From Octopus sinensis (lineage: Eukaryota): a stretch of DNA of 64,000 bases. Positions 10,871 through 22,036 of the stretch are shown piece after piece. The first letter of the stretch is position 1; every line of letters begins with the position of its first letter. The translations under genes and the position numbers were made by a program. Location of the stretch: positions 558,001 to 622,000 of the forward strand of contig NW_021832226.1 in the NCBI RefSeq assembly GCF_006345805.1, written 5' to 3'. Under the pieces are notes generated by a model that saw only the letters and a list, made by a program, of their open reading frames with translations, ran no database searches and was not told where the DNA came from.

Positions 10871-11480
10871 TTGACCCTCACACGGCCTTTTCCTCCTCAA
10901 AGAGCTTGCCTAACATCTGCCCTACACCTTTCCCTCCCGGCTTTCCTGTTCTCCGACTCATCCTGCCGAAAACTATCCCTGGAGATTCTACATAAATCTC
11001 CCGAATCTTCTTCGGACAAGCTTTTTGAAGATGAATGTATAGTGTGGAAAGATTCAGGATTAAAATTCCCACTCCAAACATCACTCCAACGGAGATGGGA
11101 CAATTTACATTGCAAATCCACCTCAGAAAACCTTGCATTGAGGCTCGACCAGCATCGCCTCGACTGTTTACGCTCTGCAACTGTGCCACAGAGCAGGTCA
11201 TGGCTAAATGCGATGCCAATTTGCTATCCTCGGAACACTATTAGAGGATGACTGCATGCGCATCAGTACTGCTCTGAGACTCAGACTTGATATCTGTGAA
11301 AAACATTCTTGCAGATGAGGGAAAATGGTTGACGTCAAAAGTGTTCACTTACTCTCTTGCAAACAAAGTGCTGGCCAGGCTCCTCGACACTCCGCTCTTA
11401 ACGATTTTATCTTACGAGCTCTTGAGTCAGCGGGCTTCTCCTCAGTGATAGAGCCAGTCGGCCTAGATCGTGGAGATGAG
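10871..11480 (+). mobile_element. CRE-like retroelement C-terminal remnant
   Basis: LSLPAFLFS, QRRWD, SRSWLNAMP, HLLSCKQSAGQAPRHSALND, IEPVGLDRGD. Confidence 0.75.
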
Positions 11481-11589
11481 GCTGTAGAGAAAGAAGAATG
11501 TGTGGCAAAGGGGTGTGATGAAAAGAAAAATATTGACGAGTTCGCATTTGCCGCCGTTTAGAGATAGTTAGATCTTGTAGAAACCAGAA

Positions 11590-12100
11590 GTGATTCTGTT
11601 TATGTCTTCCATAACGAATTATGTGGGACCACTAATCGTCACGTCATCCATGTACCAGAAGTTAACACACGAAGAAAGGTCAACTGAGAGGGAAAACTGC
11701 TATGGGTCCAGAAGGTCACTCTGCTGAATACCGCATTTGAACATGATAATTTGGTCATGGATCAAAGGCGCGCCATTTTTCGATTTGACAGAGCACTGTG
11801 CAACGCACCGAGACCACCTCGAACATATGGTCCCAACAAACGCAGTTTACGATGAACTTGCAGTCTTCGGGCTTTGACTGTACAAATTGGCGAATGCACT
11901 TCTTTTTCATACGCCAGGTTATGAATGCCATTTCGGCACCGATCTATCAATATCGTCGCCGATTCAGGGTCGCCCGAATTTTTCACTCATTTGTCTATCG
12001 GCCTAACAGAAACGGGAACAATCTTTTCTTTTGGTCGGATTAGAGGTTTTTGACTCGACGCAACCTGTTCTGAAACTTTCTTAAACGCGAGTCTCACCGT
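11590..12100 (-). mobile_element. CRE-like RT remnant
   Basis: QQSDLLDP*QFSLSVD...NFWYMDDVTISGP. Confidence 0.65.
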
Positions 12101-12299
12101 TTCCTTATAAAGTCATAAATAAAGACCTTATATAAGATTATAAATTGTGAGGTGCAAAATAGAGTACATTGGCCAATCCTCTAAATTACTTCTTTGTTAC
12201 TAAATAAATACGACATCAAATAATCATAAAAATAATCTTTATATTAGTGAACATATTCAACAAAAACATTTTATTGAATAAAGGTTTGATAAATTAAAT

Positions 12300-12780
12300 A
12301 TTTTTCTTTTTGCTTTTCAAGATTTCTTTTAACCTGCCTTTTAAAATGTTTATTGACTGCTCAATATTTTTGATGACAGTTTTTTTTTCCTAAAATAGTT
12401 GCCAATATTTCAACTTTATCAATATTTTTTAATAGATTATTCATTTTATTTAAATTTACATAATTTTCTTTAATGTGCATATCACTAAACTCCAAGTAGA
12501 TGCTTTGCATTCTGACCTGAACTTTTGATCTTCCTAAAAACTTTTTCGATCCAGCAGGCAAGATCGGATTTGAAAATTTTCTTTCATTCATATGAAAAAG
12601 TACTGGTATTTGAAATTATAAAGGTTTTATTTACGCTGATATCAATCTTTTGTTATATTCCATAGTACATCTCTAATATTAAGAAATTTAATAATGATTA
12701 TAACAAACTTTGCATCATAAAATTGACGATTTGACAATTAAATAATCTTGATGCTCAACTTTTTCCCACTGTATTGTCAC
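12300..12780 (-). other. Possible uncharacterised spliced host gene or pseudogene
   Basis: ORF 12361-12591 plus GT..AG micro-intron-like segments; I could not derive a clean model or homology. Confidence 0.25.
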
Positions 12781-12865
12781 AATAGATATGATTTGAAATT
12801 AATAAATAAACAATGCTACAATTGTCGTTTATTATTATTTTTGCGCTAACTACAAATTATAATCT

Positions 12866-12970
12866 AAGTGTGTAATCTGCTATCTCAGAGCTTTCGTGTT
12901 GTGTTATTTTCGTCTCTTACAAGCAACAGATGGACATCTTGTGGTGTTCCAGAACTCTTTTGAGTTAAAG
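12866..12970 (-). repeat. Dispersed repeat, second copy at 39974-40056 (+)
   Basis: Both share agagttctggaaca...gagacgaaaataac...gctct(g/a)agatagcagattacacactta. Confidence 0.7.
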
Positions 12971-13779
12971 TTTTTTCTACATAGGATTGCCGTTTAGTGT
13001 AACAATAAAATGTCACGTCCATTAAAAAGTTTTCAATCGTAAATACAAAATTGTTGAATTATCTACAGAAAAGGAGAAGTTCTATCCTTTTGGAGGCCAG
13101 TCTGGACGACTCCTCAAAGGAGTTTCCAGCATCGCGTGGATCTGATCCGATCAAAATGACATTCGATCAGGAATAAACATCGATAAAAGTTGCTTCTCAA
13201 ATAATTTAAAGGAAATTGTTAAAAAAATCTAGCTATTAAGTACCGGCTCGCAGGATTGAGAGACAATTCCCACGTAAATAAATAAGGAATATAAATTCCC
13301 TGTGATCTCTGGAGCGATAGGTGCACAGACGGCCAAGTTTCTCTCAACGGCAATTGTCCAAAAGCAAAATCGATCGCGTAAATTCTCGTATTTTGTTAGT
13401 TTCGCGAATTTGGTTTTTTTGGCCGACGAACCGGTTTTTTTAATTAAAAAAGGAAAGATCTTTCCTTTTTTGGTGTTCTCTCTGATAAAAGAAACGGATT
13501 TGAAATCACAAGAGAGGCTTGCTGCTTTTGGATTTCTTTAGAAAATGTCGTTGATGGCAAAATAGATAAAAAAAATCCAAAAGACAGTCTGTAAAAAAAG
13601 GGTCTAGTCGTTTGACGTATTTTTAGTCAGATGTCGAGTCTAATGTGGCTGTCGTCCAATCAAGTTCCAAGGGATTTTATTGAAACGGGGTTCATCAACG
13701 CCGATACGACGGCCTAGAAAATCTCTATTTTCAAGCATAAAGAAAGGCCGCACTTGCTTTTTTATTATAATTTTTATTA

Positions 13780-14245
13780 CTGCAAGATGTCTCTACTGAG
13801 ACCGAATGTTATTACGTAGGTTGTCCGTCAAGATAGAGTATTTCGAGATTTTAAGTTCTTCAGCATTTTTAGCGGCTGATCCTGGACTGATTGCCGAGTA
13901 GACTAAATTTGTCTTCGAGGAAATTTTTGTATACGTAGAGTCCCGCGAAAGGCATTTCCTATTAATACACGGAAAAACGGTTACTCCATGTCTTCAAAGG
14001 TTTGTTTGATGCGAAACCGAATATTTCGGACGAACAAAAGATATTTATAAGCTCAGACTTGCTGATGTTTACTTCCAGCCCGATTTCACAAAGGTTGGAT
14101 CGATCTCAGTATCAGCGGGTCCCTCGATGGTTGCATCATCGAGATACCACAGGTTGAAAGTAGAATCAGCTTGGCATACGGCAGAATCAATACCAAGGGT
14201 GAACAGCAGTGGATCGAGAGGGTCACCCTAGATCGAAGTAAAAAA
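13780..14245 (-). mobile_element. CRE-like retroelement, RT fused by deletion to REL remnant
   Basis: GDPLDPLLFTLGID...NLWYLDDATIEGP; SAISPGSAAKNAEELKISKY. Confidence 0.7.
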
Positions 14246-14719
14246 GGGATTTTAGTGATTTGTACTAATTGAATGCTCATCACGGTAAAAAAAACAAAAA
14301 AAATCATTCATATTAATTAAAATTATTGATTTTAATAAACTATTTCAAATAGTAATCCATTCTGTATAGAGCGTCTTTTATTCTGTCTTGATCTATACTA
14401 TTTAAAACTGACAAAAAGTTAGTATCTTTTTTTGGTTTCATGCCCGGAAATTCGCCCTAAAAATCAATACTCAGTATCTAAACAGTTTCACACCAATGAC
14501 CTATTGTTTTTTCGTTCCAAAATTTATCAGCGGGAAACATATTTTAATTTTTAAAATCGTCATTCATATTTATTTTATATAAATTTTTAATGCGCAAATT
14601 TTAATAACAGATACCTTTTAAGATCTACTTTAACTAAAAAAATATTTTTACAGATTAAAAAACTAAACTTCATTATTAGAACAAAATTTTTATTTGCCCA
14701 GAAATCAAATTTTTGCGCC

Positions 14720-14880
14720 AATAGCTGTGGAGACATTAGGGGTCATCGGTCGGGAATCTCTTTCTTTCCTTCGTCGGCTGGAACGAAGATCGCTAAGAAA
14801 AATAAAATCCCCAATAAAACTCGTCATCTTCTCCAAAAAGTCTCGTTGACGATCATCTTATGCGCCGGCAGCTCGATATA
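14720..14880 (+). mobile_element. CRE-like REL 3' fragment
   Basis: AVETLGVIGRESLSFLRRL...LLQKVSLTII. Confidence 0.65.
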
Positions 14881-15014
14881 ATTTTTTCTGTGTTTTTACC
14901 TTTACTAATAATAATAAATTATTATACAAAATTAATTATTCAAAATTTTTTTAGAATGACAAATTGGTGATAATCTTAGTTTAATGCGCAAATTTTAAGT
15001 CAATCTTCAAACAG

Positions 15015-16450
15015 ATGCTTAATATCATAGGAGAAACCACTCCAGGAGATTGGTTTTACACAGGGGTAATACATCTTATTCCGAAGTGTGAAAATCCGGT
15101 GTCCTCAAAAAAGTTACGGCCTATAACATGTATTCCGGCTCTCTATAAACTGATGACCAAATATGTTTGTGGAAGGTTCCGGCTTTCTGAAAATCAACTG
15201 GTAACAAGGAAGCTGTGCCATGGGGTAAAAAACAAGCATTAATGAACAAAGAGTTAAGCACAGCGAATGATTACAAACTCCACGCTGCATGGATCGACGT
15301 TAAAAAAGCATTTGATTCAGTAGATCACGCTTTTCTGATACAGACTTTGAAAAAGATGAATCTGTGAATCTACCTGGATAAATTGTCAAATTTTTTGAGT
15401 CGATGGTCACCAGATGGAGAGTCAAACTAAGGCTAAATGGCAATTAAATTTGAGATGCACGCATCGAGAGGGGGATCTTGAAGGGGGATAGTTTTCCCTA
15501 ATGCTATTTGTCCTTGTATTAGACCCTTTGAGCCGTTTATTATCTCATAATTTCCCGAAGGAAATCAGGGCACGTTATTTTTGACAAATCACATTCTCTT
15601 CATCGATGATTTAAAACTGGAAGTACTTGAAAGTTTAACTGGAAAAATCCAAAACCGGAAATGCTGAAAATAATTCTTGGAGAAGTAATTAAGCGAATTG
15701 AAAGGTTAGCAAATACAAAACTGAATGGAGTAAATCTGTTCAAGGCAATTAATGAAAACGCTTTCTCACTATACAACTATTACATTAGATGAGTCGATAT
15801 TGAGCCATTTGAATATGAAATGGTCCACGATACAATCAGGGCAAAATTAATAGAATACAAGATACATTTTTGATCGGCAAACAAGCAAAAATTACACTTC
15901 TCCCGTAACAATTTTGGAAGAGGATTAAGCTCAATTTCTCTTCTAAATGAATACATGGTTTTTGGATTCGTTACGGGCTTAAAAAACCGAAGTGGTGCCT
16001 GCAAAAGAAGCTCTTCGATTCTTCAGGCTTAAGTGCTGGAAAAAACTCATCTGGTCACTATTGAAGAATACTTGAAGCATAAATATCTACTTGTCCAATC
16101 AGTTTTACGTAACAAAAAACTGGTGGTTGGTGGACAGAACAAGTACCTACTGGACCAGATTTTTTCAAAATGTCTTCATTCCATCCTATACAAAAGTGCT
16201 AGGGAGGATTTTGTGAATGTCAAAAACTCTAGTCACTGGCTGTGCAAAGGCAATAATTCCCCACAGTCTGAAGGCTTATTCTGTCTCGTGCAGGATAGAA
16301 ATTCATTCTTTGCAGAATATAACTCAATATGTTCCCACTGTATGAGATGAAGAAGACTATCAATCATTGTGTCACTAGATTTGAGAAGATGTTACATAGG
16401 GATTATGTCAGGAAGCATGATGAAGTAGTGAGATGCATTCACTTTCATTT
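15015..16450 (+). mobile_element. Decayed R4/Dong-like retroelement (RT to CCHC)
   Basis: LRPITCIPALYKL, WIDVKKAFDSVDH, LFIDDLKL, GNNSPQSEG, CSHC, YVRKHDEVVRCIH. Confidence 0.8.
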
Positions 16451-16599
16451 TTGTAATAAAAACATTTTCGTTGGATACATTTATTTATGGATATTCATTA
16501 TTAAAGATGTCCTTAGAATTTTTCAAAGAGTATTCAGTTTTAATTTTTCTAGTTACAATCCTCTTCCAGCCATCAAATAATGTCACAGAGACTCCCGAA

Positions 16600-17100
16600 G
16601 CAGTTTTTAATTGTCACATTATCCCGATTTTTCTAGGATACCTCCCCAGTTGGCTCTGTGCGTCGACAGGCCCACAGTTGATAAATGGGAGCTTAATTCC
16701 CGTTTCAGCTGGATATTTTTCCGATTTATGCATACCCCCAGCGCACCTTGCAGAAAGATGCAATGTGACTGAAATTTTTACAGCAAAAACATCGGACTTG
16801 TGGTTTTTTGAACCATTCAAATTTCATTGCTGTGAAACTAATTTTTATTTCTGAAGTTATTAGACTTCGTACTTAAACTTTGTCGGTGATAATAAGTTTT
16901 CCGAGAGTTAGAGGCTCCACATTTTTATAAAATCTCTTCAGTACGAAGCTTTAGGGGATTACACTCGACTTTCCAAATCACAATCCCTAACCCAATAAAA
17001 GATTTTCCCTACTTCGAGCTCGGACCATCACAATTAAATAGAAGTTCAATCGTAAACTTTTTTGTTAAAACATGAAACTATGTTTTGTGTTGTTCTGAAT
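16600..17100 (-). mobile_element. LINE ORF1 (Gag-like) remnant with CCHC zinc knuckles, Jockey/I-like
   Basis: QVRCFCCKNFSHIASFC, then degenerate ARCAG-MH and INCG knuckles. Confidence 0.65.
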
Positions 17101-17769
17101 GAGCTAAAACAGTTTTGTAGTTAATTGAGCGAGTTTAGATATTACGTTTCATATCTACAGTATATTATTTTTAGGCTTTCCAGTCCCTTTTTTGCTAAAA
17201 CTCAGAATTTTAATCACAACTGTTTGACCACTATTGTAATATATCTTTGTATTAAATTCCTTTAATTTACGGAATTGTCAAACAACACTTTAAATTCCTC
17301 GACTTTTCAAATGTTTCTAACTGTTTACAACTGTTTTTTATATTAACCAAACTTTAATTGTTATATAAAGATGAAAAAATTATTATTGTTAAATAATTGA
17401 TTTAATCTGTTTATTTCTTTTTCGTAATGACAAGATCACTTATAGTATCAGTTAATATGTTCATTTCACACATGTCATTATCATTCTAAAATTTGTTTAT
17501 TACTTCTTACCAGCTCACTTTCCTGTGGTAATTCTCCCTAAATTATTATTAGAATGATTATTTAAAAAACAGTTTTACACCAGCGACTTATTGTGTTTTT
17601 GTTCCAAAAATTATTATCATCAGGTTGCATTATTTAGTTTTATAAGATTTTTCTCGCTTCTTTTTTATATTAATATTAAATGCGCAAATTTTAATACTTT
17701 AACTGTTAATTATTTTTTTACGAATTAAAAATTTTTGCGGCGATCAAAAAGTAGCATTATTTTATAAAA

Positions 17770-18230
17770 TATTATTATATTATTTCTGCAATAGTAGACG
17801 TTCCAGAAAGTTGCGAACCCATCGAGTTTAATTGGTGTGTGAGAACTCCAATGGTGTTCATATGGTGGATACCCCAATACGCACCTCGATTGTTATTCAA
17901 CACAACAAACACAATATTTTGGTCCATGATAAGGTCACCGTAGAGATCGCTATCGTGGAAGTAAGCATCAAGCGCCTAGATCATTTGTAAACAGTGAAAG
18001 TGGAGAAAAGGGGGAAGTATGACTTCTTTGGATACGAGCTAGTTATATGCAGTCTACTGTTCTTAAGAGGGCTCTGGAGAGTATCTCGTTTGATACTCGC
18101 CGATCCAGTTCTTTCTTGAGATTTAGTCAGCGAGAGGCGCTGGACTTTACTTTCTCTAAAATCAACTAAGCCAGAGAAGAGGAGGAAGAAAGCGAGCAGG
18201 TGCATGGAGTGCCATCCTCTGTTCACTTTG
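17770..18230 (+). mobile_element. R4-like REL 3' fragment
   Basis: NILVHDKVTVEIAIVEVSIK..TVKVEKRGKYD. Confidence 0.65.
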
Positions 18231-18325
18231 AAGGCTTTAGACTTATTTAGACAATTAATTAGTTAATTAGTTTAAAGAAATAGATATATGTTAAGATTAA
18301 AATTGTTTCCATAGTAAAAGTTTAA

Positions 18326-18702
18326 ATGGCACATCACGGCGCTGCACTACAGACGTACAACAACGAATTAGTTAAATGTATTCATTAATGAAGAGTATTT
18401 AAAGGCATTGAAGAACTGTCAGTTCGAAGAGACGAGCTTAGGAAAGAAATACAAAAAGATGAGGACGAAAGAATAGTCATCCAAAATGAACTGAGAATTA
18501 GTACTGAAAAATTAGCCGCAATCAATGAAATACTCGCCAAAAAATTAGCAACACTCGAAGAATGTTCAAAAATAATCAATGATGCCGAAGAATCTTATAA
18601 AAAGGTATTTACAGCAAAAAAGTCGTTTAGATACTTGAGAGTTCTCATTCTCTAGTAGAGAGCATACAGAAGAATTCTTATAATATTAAAAATCAAAAAT
18701 AA
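18326..18702 (+). CDS. SSNA1: SSNA1/NA14 microtubule and centriole coiled-coil protein; introns 27 and 26 nt
   Basis: MAHHGAALQTYNNELVK|CIEEL...IQNELRISTEKLAAINE...AEESYKK|ILESS. Confidence 0.93.
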
Positions 18703-18876
18703 TTGTTTTCATTTTAAATAAAATTTTAGTCAGCAAATATTCGTAAATTATAAAATCCTAATTTTTATGAAAAGTAAAAAATTTAAATAATTAAGGTGAA
18801 TTCAGCTAATAAAGTCAAATTAAACAAAAAGTATTTTAAATCTGATTCAAAGTCAAACTAATTTCCATCTTGTGAT

Positions 18877-19969
18877 TTAAAAAAAATTAAATAGGGCGAT
18901 TGAATTTTTTACCCGCTGAAGTACGGAGCTAAGATGAATGTCCCCCTAAGACATTGAGGAGTAAATTCAGACCCATAATGTCACATCAATATCCCTTAGC
19001 TGTGCCACTCCAGTCTTGACAGTGTCGCTTGTCAATTTCAGCACAAACGGAATTCCCAATTTGTCCAATCTTCACAAATAAAAAAAATCAATTTAAACTG
19101 GGAAGAGTCCTCAGTAATAATACAGGGCAGTTGTTCTGACCGGAATATTTCAGCCACATGTGCGCACAACTCGTTAAGGACGTCTCCACTGTCCGAAGGA
19201 GTCACAATCGCCAACTTATAAGGACACAGTCGTCTGTGCAATTTTAGAATCTACAGGAATGACAAAATATATAAATAAACTGATTTGTCCTCAGAAAGGC
19301 CTAAAATTAAAGCTCCTTTTGCAAAACTGTCGATAGAAACGAAAGCATGAACAGTGTTCAAACATGTTCCGTTTGGGAGGAGGAGGTCATTATATGGTTC
19401 GATGACTTCAAACGGAATTCCCTCCTTCAGACGTAAAGACAGTTTGCCTTCGTCAACGTCAACAATGACAGAACTGTCTAAAACAAACTTTATATTAGTT
19501 AGTTAAAAAACCTCATTCCACCAATTTAAACGTTTTTCTGAGAATATTCGCATAATTTCAGCAGGAGATTGACTTTGGGAGGCCAATAATAACGACAGGT
19601 AGTCTTTAGTGCAAGAAGCAATTCCAATTTGAGTGGAGACTGGCAGATGGGAAAGAAGGGAGGGCAGTTCTGAATGCAGAGAATGTGCCACATCAAAAAA
19701 AGAAGGCTCATTTGAGGCTAATTCAGTAAAATGAACGTTTGGTAATTGAGAGGTGAAATTTCTCCTATTATGGAATGAAATAAAAAGTGCCATTCAGTTT
19801 TTATGTTCTCTCGTAAGGAAGAAGCAAATACGCCGTATCTAATAAGATTCTTATTTTGTTCGTAAAATCCATAAGTCTCTCTTAATAGATAACTAGTGCT
19901 GCACATTCTAATATATTGAGTAGATAATATGATTGCACATTTAGTGCAAATTTTGACACCTTGTACCAT
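18877..19969 (-). CDS. POLG2: Mitochondrial DNA polymerase gamma accessory subunit, with micro-introns
   Basis: QIGIASC, EKRLNWW, IPFEVIE, ILKLHRRLCPYKLAI, RLDKLGIPFVL...VKTGVAQLRDIDVTLW|GDIHLS; matches the POLG2 anticodon-binding-like domain. Confidence 0.8.
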
Positions 19970-20204
19970 CACTTGGTCAATTTTTTAGTTTAAGAATATA
20001 TATTATTTATATTTACTCTTTATTAATTTAATTACATAATAAATAATTAATTAAAATATTATAATATTCAGCCACTTTAAATTGGAATTTAACTGAGTGT
20101 GAATAAAATAAAATTCATTTCAATACACACAGACAGAGGAATTTGATAATTTTTCAATAAAAGCGGATTTTTGCTGATTGGACGGGGCTGTTTCCAACAT
20201 GTTA

Positions 20205-20491
20205 TGTCACAGGTAAGAGACGGAACCACGCCGGAGGCGGAACCTGGAGGCGGAATTTTTCAAATTGTTTTTAAAATTAAAATTGTACACTGAAATATTT
20301 ATTAAAACACTCAAATATACATTTTTTGCTTAAATTTATTTTACTTTTTCCCCAAGTGAAAAACTAACCTTAACGCTAACCCTAACCGTAACCCTAACCC
20401 TAACCCTAAATGATTTTCCACTGAAAATTAAATCAAAAAATTATTGTTTATTAAAAATTCCGCCTCCAGGTTCCGCCTCTTACCTGTCACA
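20205..20491. mobile_element. Non-autonomous TIR element (TGT...ACA, 5-bp TSD TGTTA) with internal TAACCC repeats
   Basis: Left TGTCACAGGTAAGAG..GAGGCGGAACCTGGAGGCGGAATTTTT and its inverted copy on the right; TGTTA at 20200-20204 and 20492-20496; TAACCC units at about 20365-20409. Confidence 0.85.
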
Positions 20492-20499
20492 TGTTATAC

Positions 20500-21150
20500 C
20501 ATGGAAATCAGAACCTGTCGTCATTACAAGCGTTTCGAAAGCAGTTGGCTTTATACGCCGTTCAGTGAAACTGGAGATAAACTTTGCGCCTTTCGTTGTA
20601 GGTTCAAGATCTTTTGCAGATCTGGTGAAGCCAGATATGATCACCAGGCTCTACAAGCATAACCAACAGATGGTTCAACATATTGTTTGTATATAGTGTT
20701 AAACCAGAGTTGTTGTATTCCCGTGCATGAACCAAGAAGGGCCTTTAAAAAGTTTAATCTTCTCGATCGTTTAGTTATAAGATTGTCAATATGCTTAGAG
20801 AATAAGAATTGGCTGTAAAAAGTCACACCAAGTATTTCCTGCGTTTTTGTCTGCGAAATTTTTGTTCCGTTCCAAACAGCATTGATTTCGGAGTTGGATA
20901 TTTTTTAATCGTGAATAGAATGGTCTCGCATTTTTTGGGGTTTAAGTTCAGGTAGTTTGTACATAGCCAAAAAATATATTGTTAGTATTTTCCTGATATC
21001 CTTGGATTGCTGTGAGTAGATTTGTGTCCTGTGATCCTATAATAATATCATAAGCATAGAAGAGTAAGATGTCGTCCTGGCGAGTAATTGGAATGCCGCT
21101 CATTTAAAGGTTAAAAAGAATTGAAGACAGTGGTGATCCGTTTGGTAAAG
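20500..21150 (-). mobile_element. LINE RT C-terminal remnant
   Basis: YKQYVEPSVGYACRAW, RSRRLNFLKALLG; similar to 5028-5387. Confidence 0.6.
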
Positions 21151-21369
21151 ATTTAGAAATAGAGTTTATTCGGCCATGATTTACAAGTCTCAATGTTCAC
21201 TCAAGAAGTTTACCAACCATAGTTTAAAGTTCGGTGGATATTTAAAATAAAAATCTTGCGAATAAGGTTCGTTCTAAGAACTGAAATAAATATTAACAAT
21301 TAGGGTTCGCATAAACTAATTATTAAAAAATAATTAAAATTAAAAATATTTTAAAGGCTCGCTGGCGAC

Positions 21370-21564
21370 CTATACATGCAGAGGGCCCCATGTTTGACAC
21401 CCCTGGATTAGAGTATCTCTGTTTTCAAAAGAAAAATCGACATTATCAGGATAGTCATCGTAGAAAGTTCTCAGATCTCTCAAGGTGTCTTCCATGTAGA
21501 TGACAAACAGCAGAGAGAGAGAGTCTCCTTGGGGCGTGCCGACATTCTTTTCATAAAATATCAT
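21370..21564 (-). mobile_element. RTE-like RT fragment
   Basis: NVGTPQGDSLSLLFVIYME. Confidence 0.6.
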
Positions 21565-22036
21565 TTAAAAAATCCACATTTTTCATCGTAATGTAGAGGC
21601 AAGTTGTCTCTCGCTGTTAGTTGATAATTTGACTTGTTTTTCTTAAAAGTTTTTATTATTTGAAATATTAAATGTTTTAAAACACAAAATAAAAGCCCAG
21701 TAAAACTAACATGTCTACCTAAGTTTTTTCTAAATAGAAAAAATTAGTTTAATTTGTATTCATGAAAATTGTATTTTTATCAATACAAAATATTTAATTG
21801 ATTGAAGGATTAAGATAAATAAGTAAATATTCCGATCTACATAATTTTTAGAAATTGAATTTTTTCCAGACAGACGAAACTGTTGTCAAGCAACGAGTGA
21901 ATTGCTTGCTTTATTGTTCGACAAAAATAATACAAGTATGTCTAATTGATGCTTGTTGCCTTCAAAAAAATAAAATCATTTACAATTTTAATACTTTCAT
22001 TTACGAGTTATGATATATTTTATTAGATTTAAAAAC

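Noticed and set aside
16471-16854. 127-aa plus-strand ORF
   Set aside because: Antisense shadow of the LINE ORF1 zinc-knuckle region.
20365-20409. TAACCC array as a real telomere or chromosome end
   Set aside because: It is short, degenerate and internal to a TIR element with a TSD.
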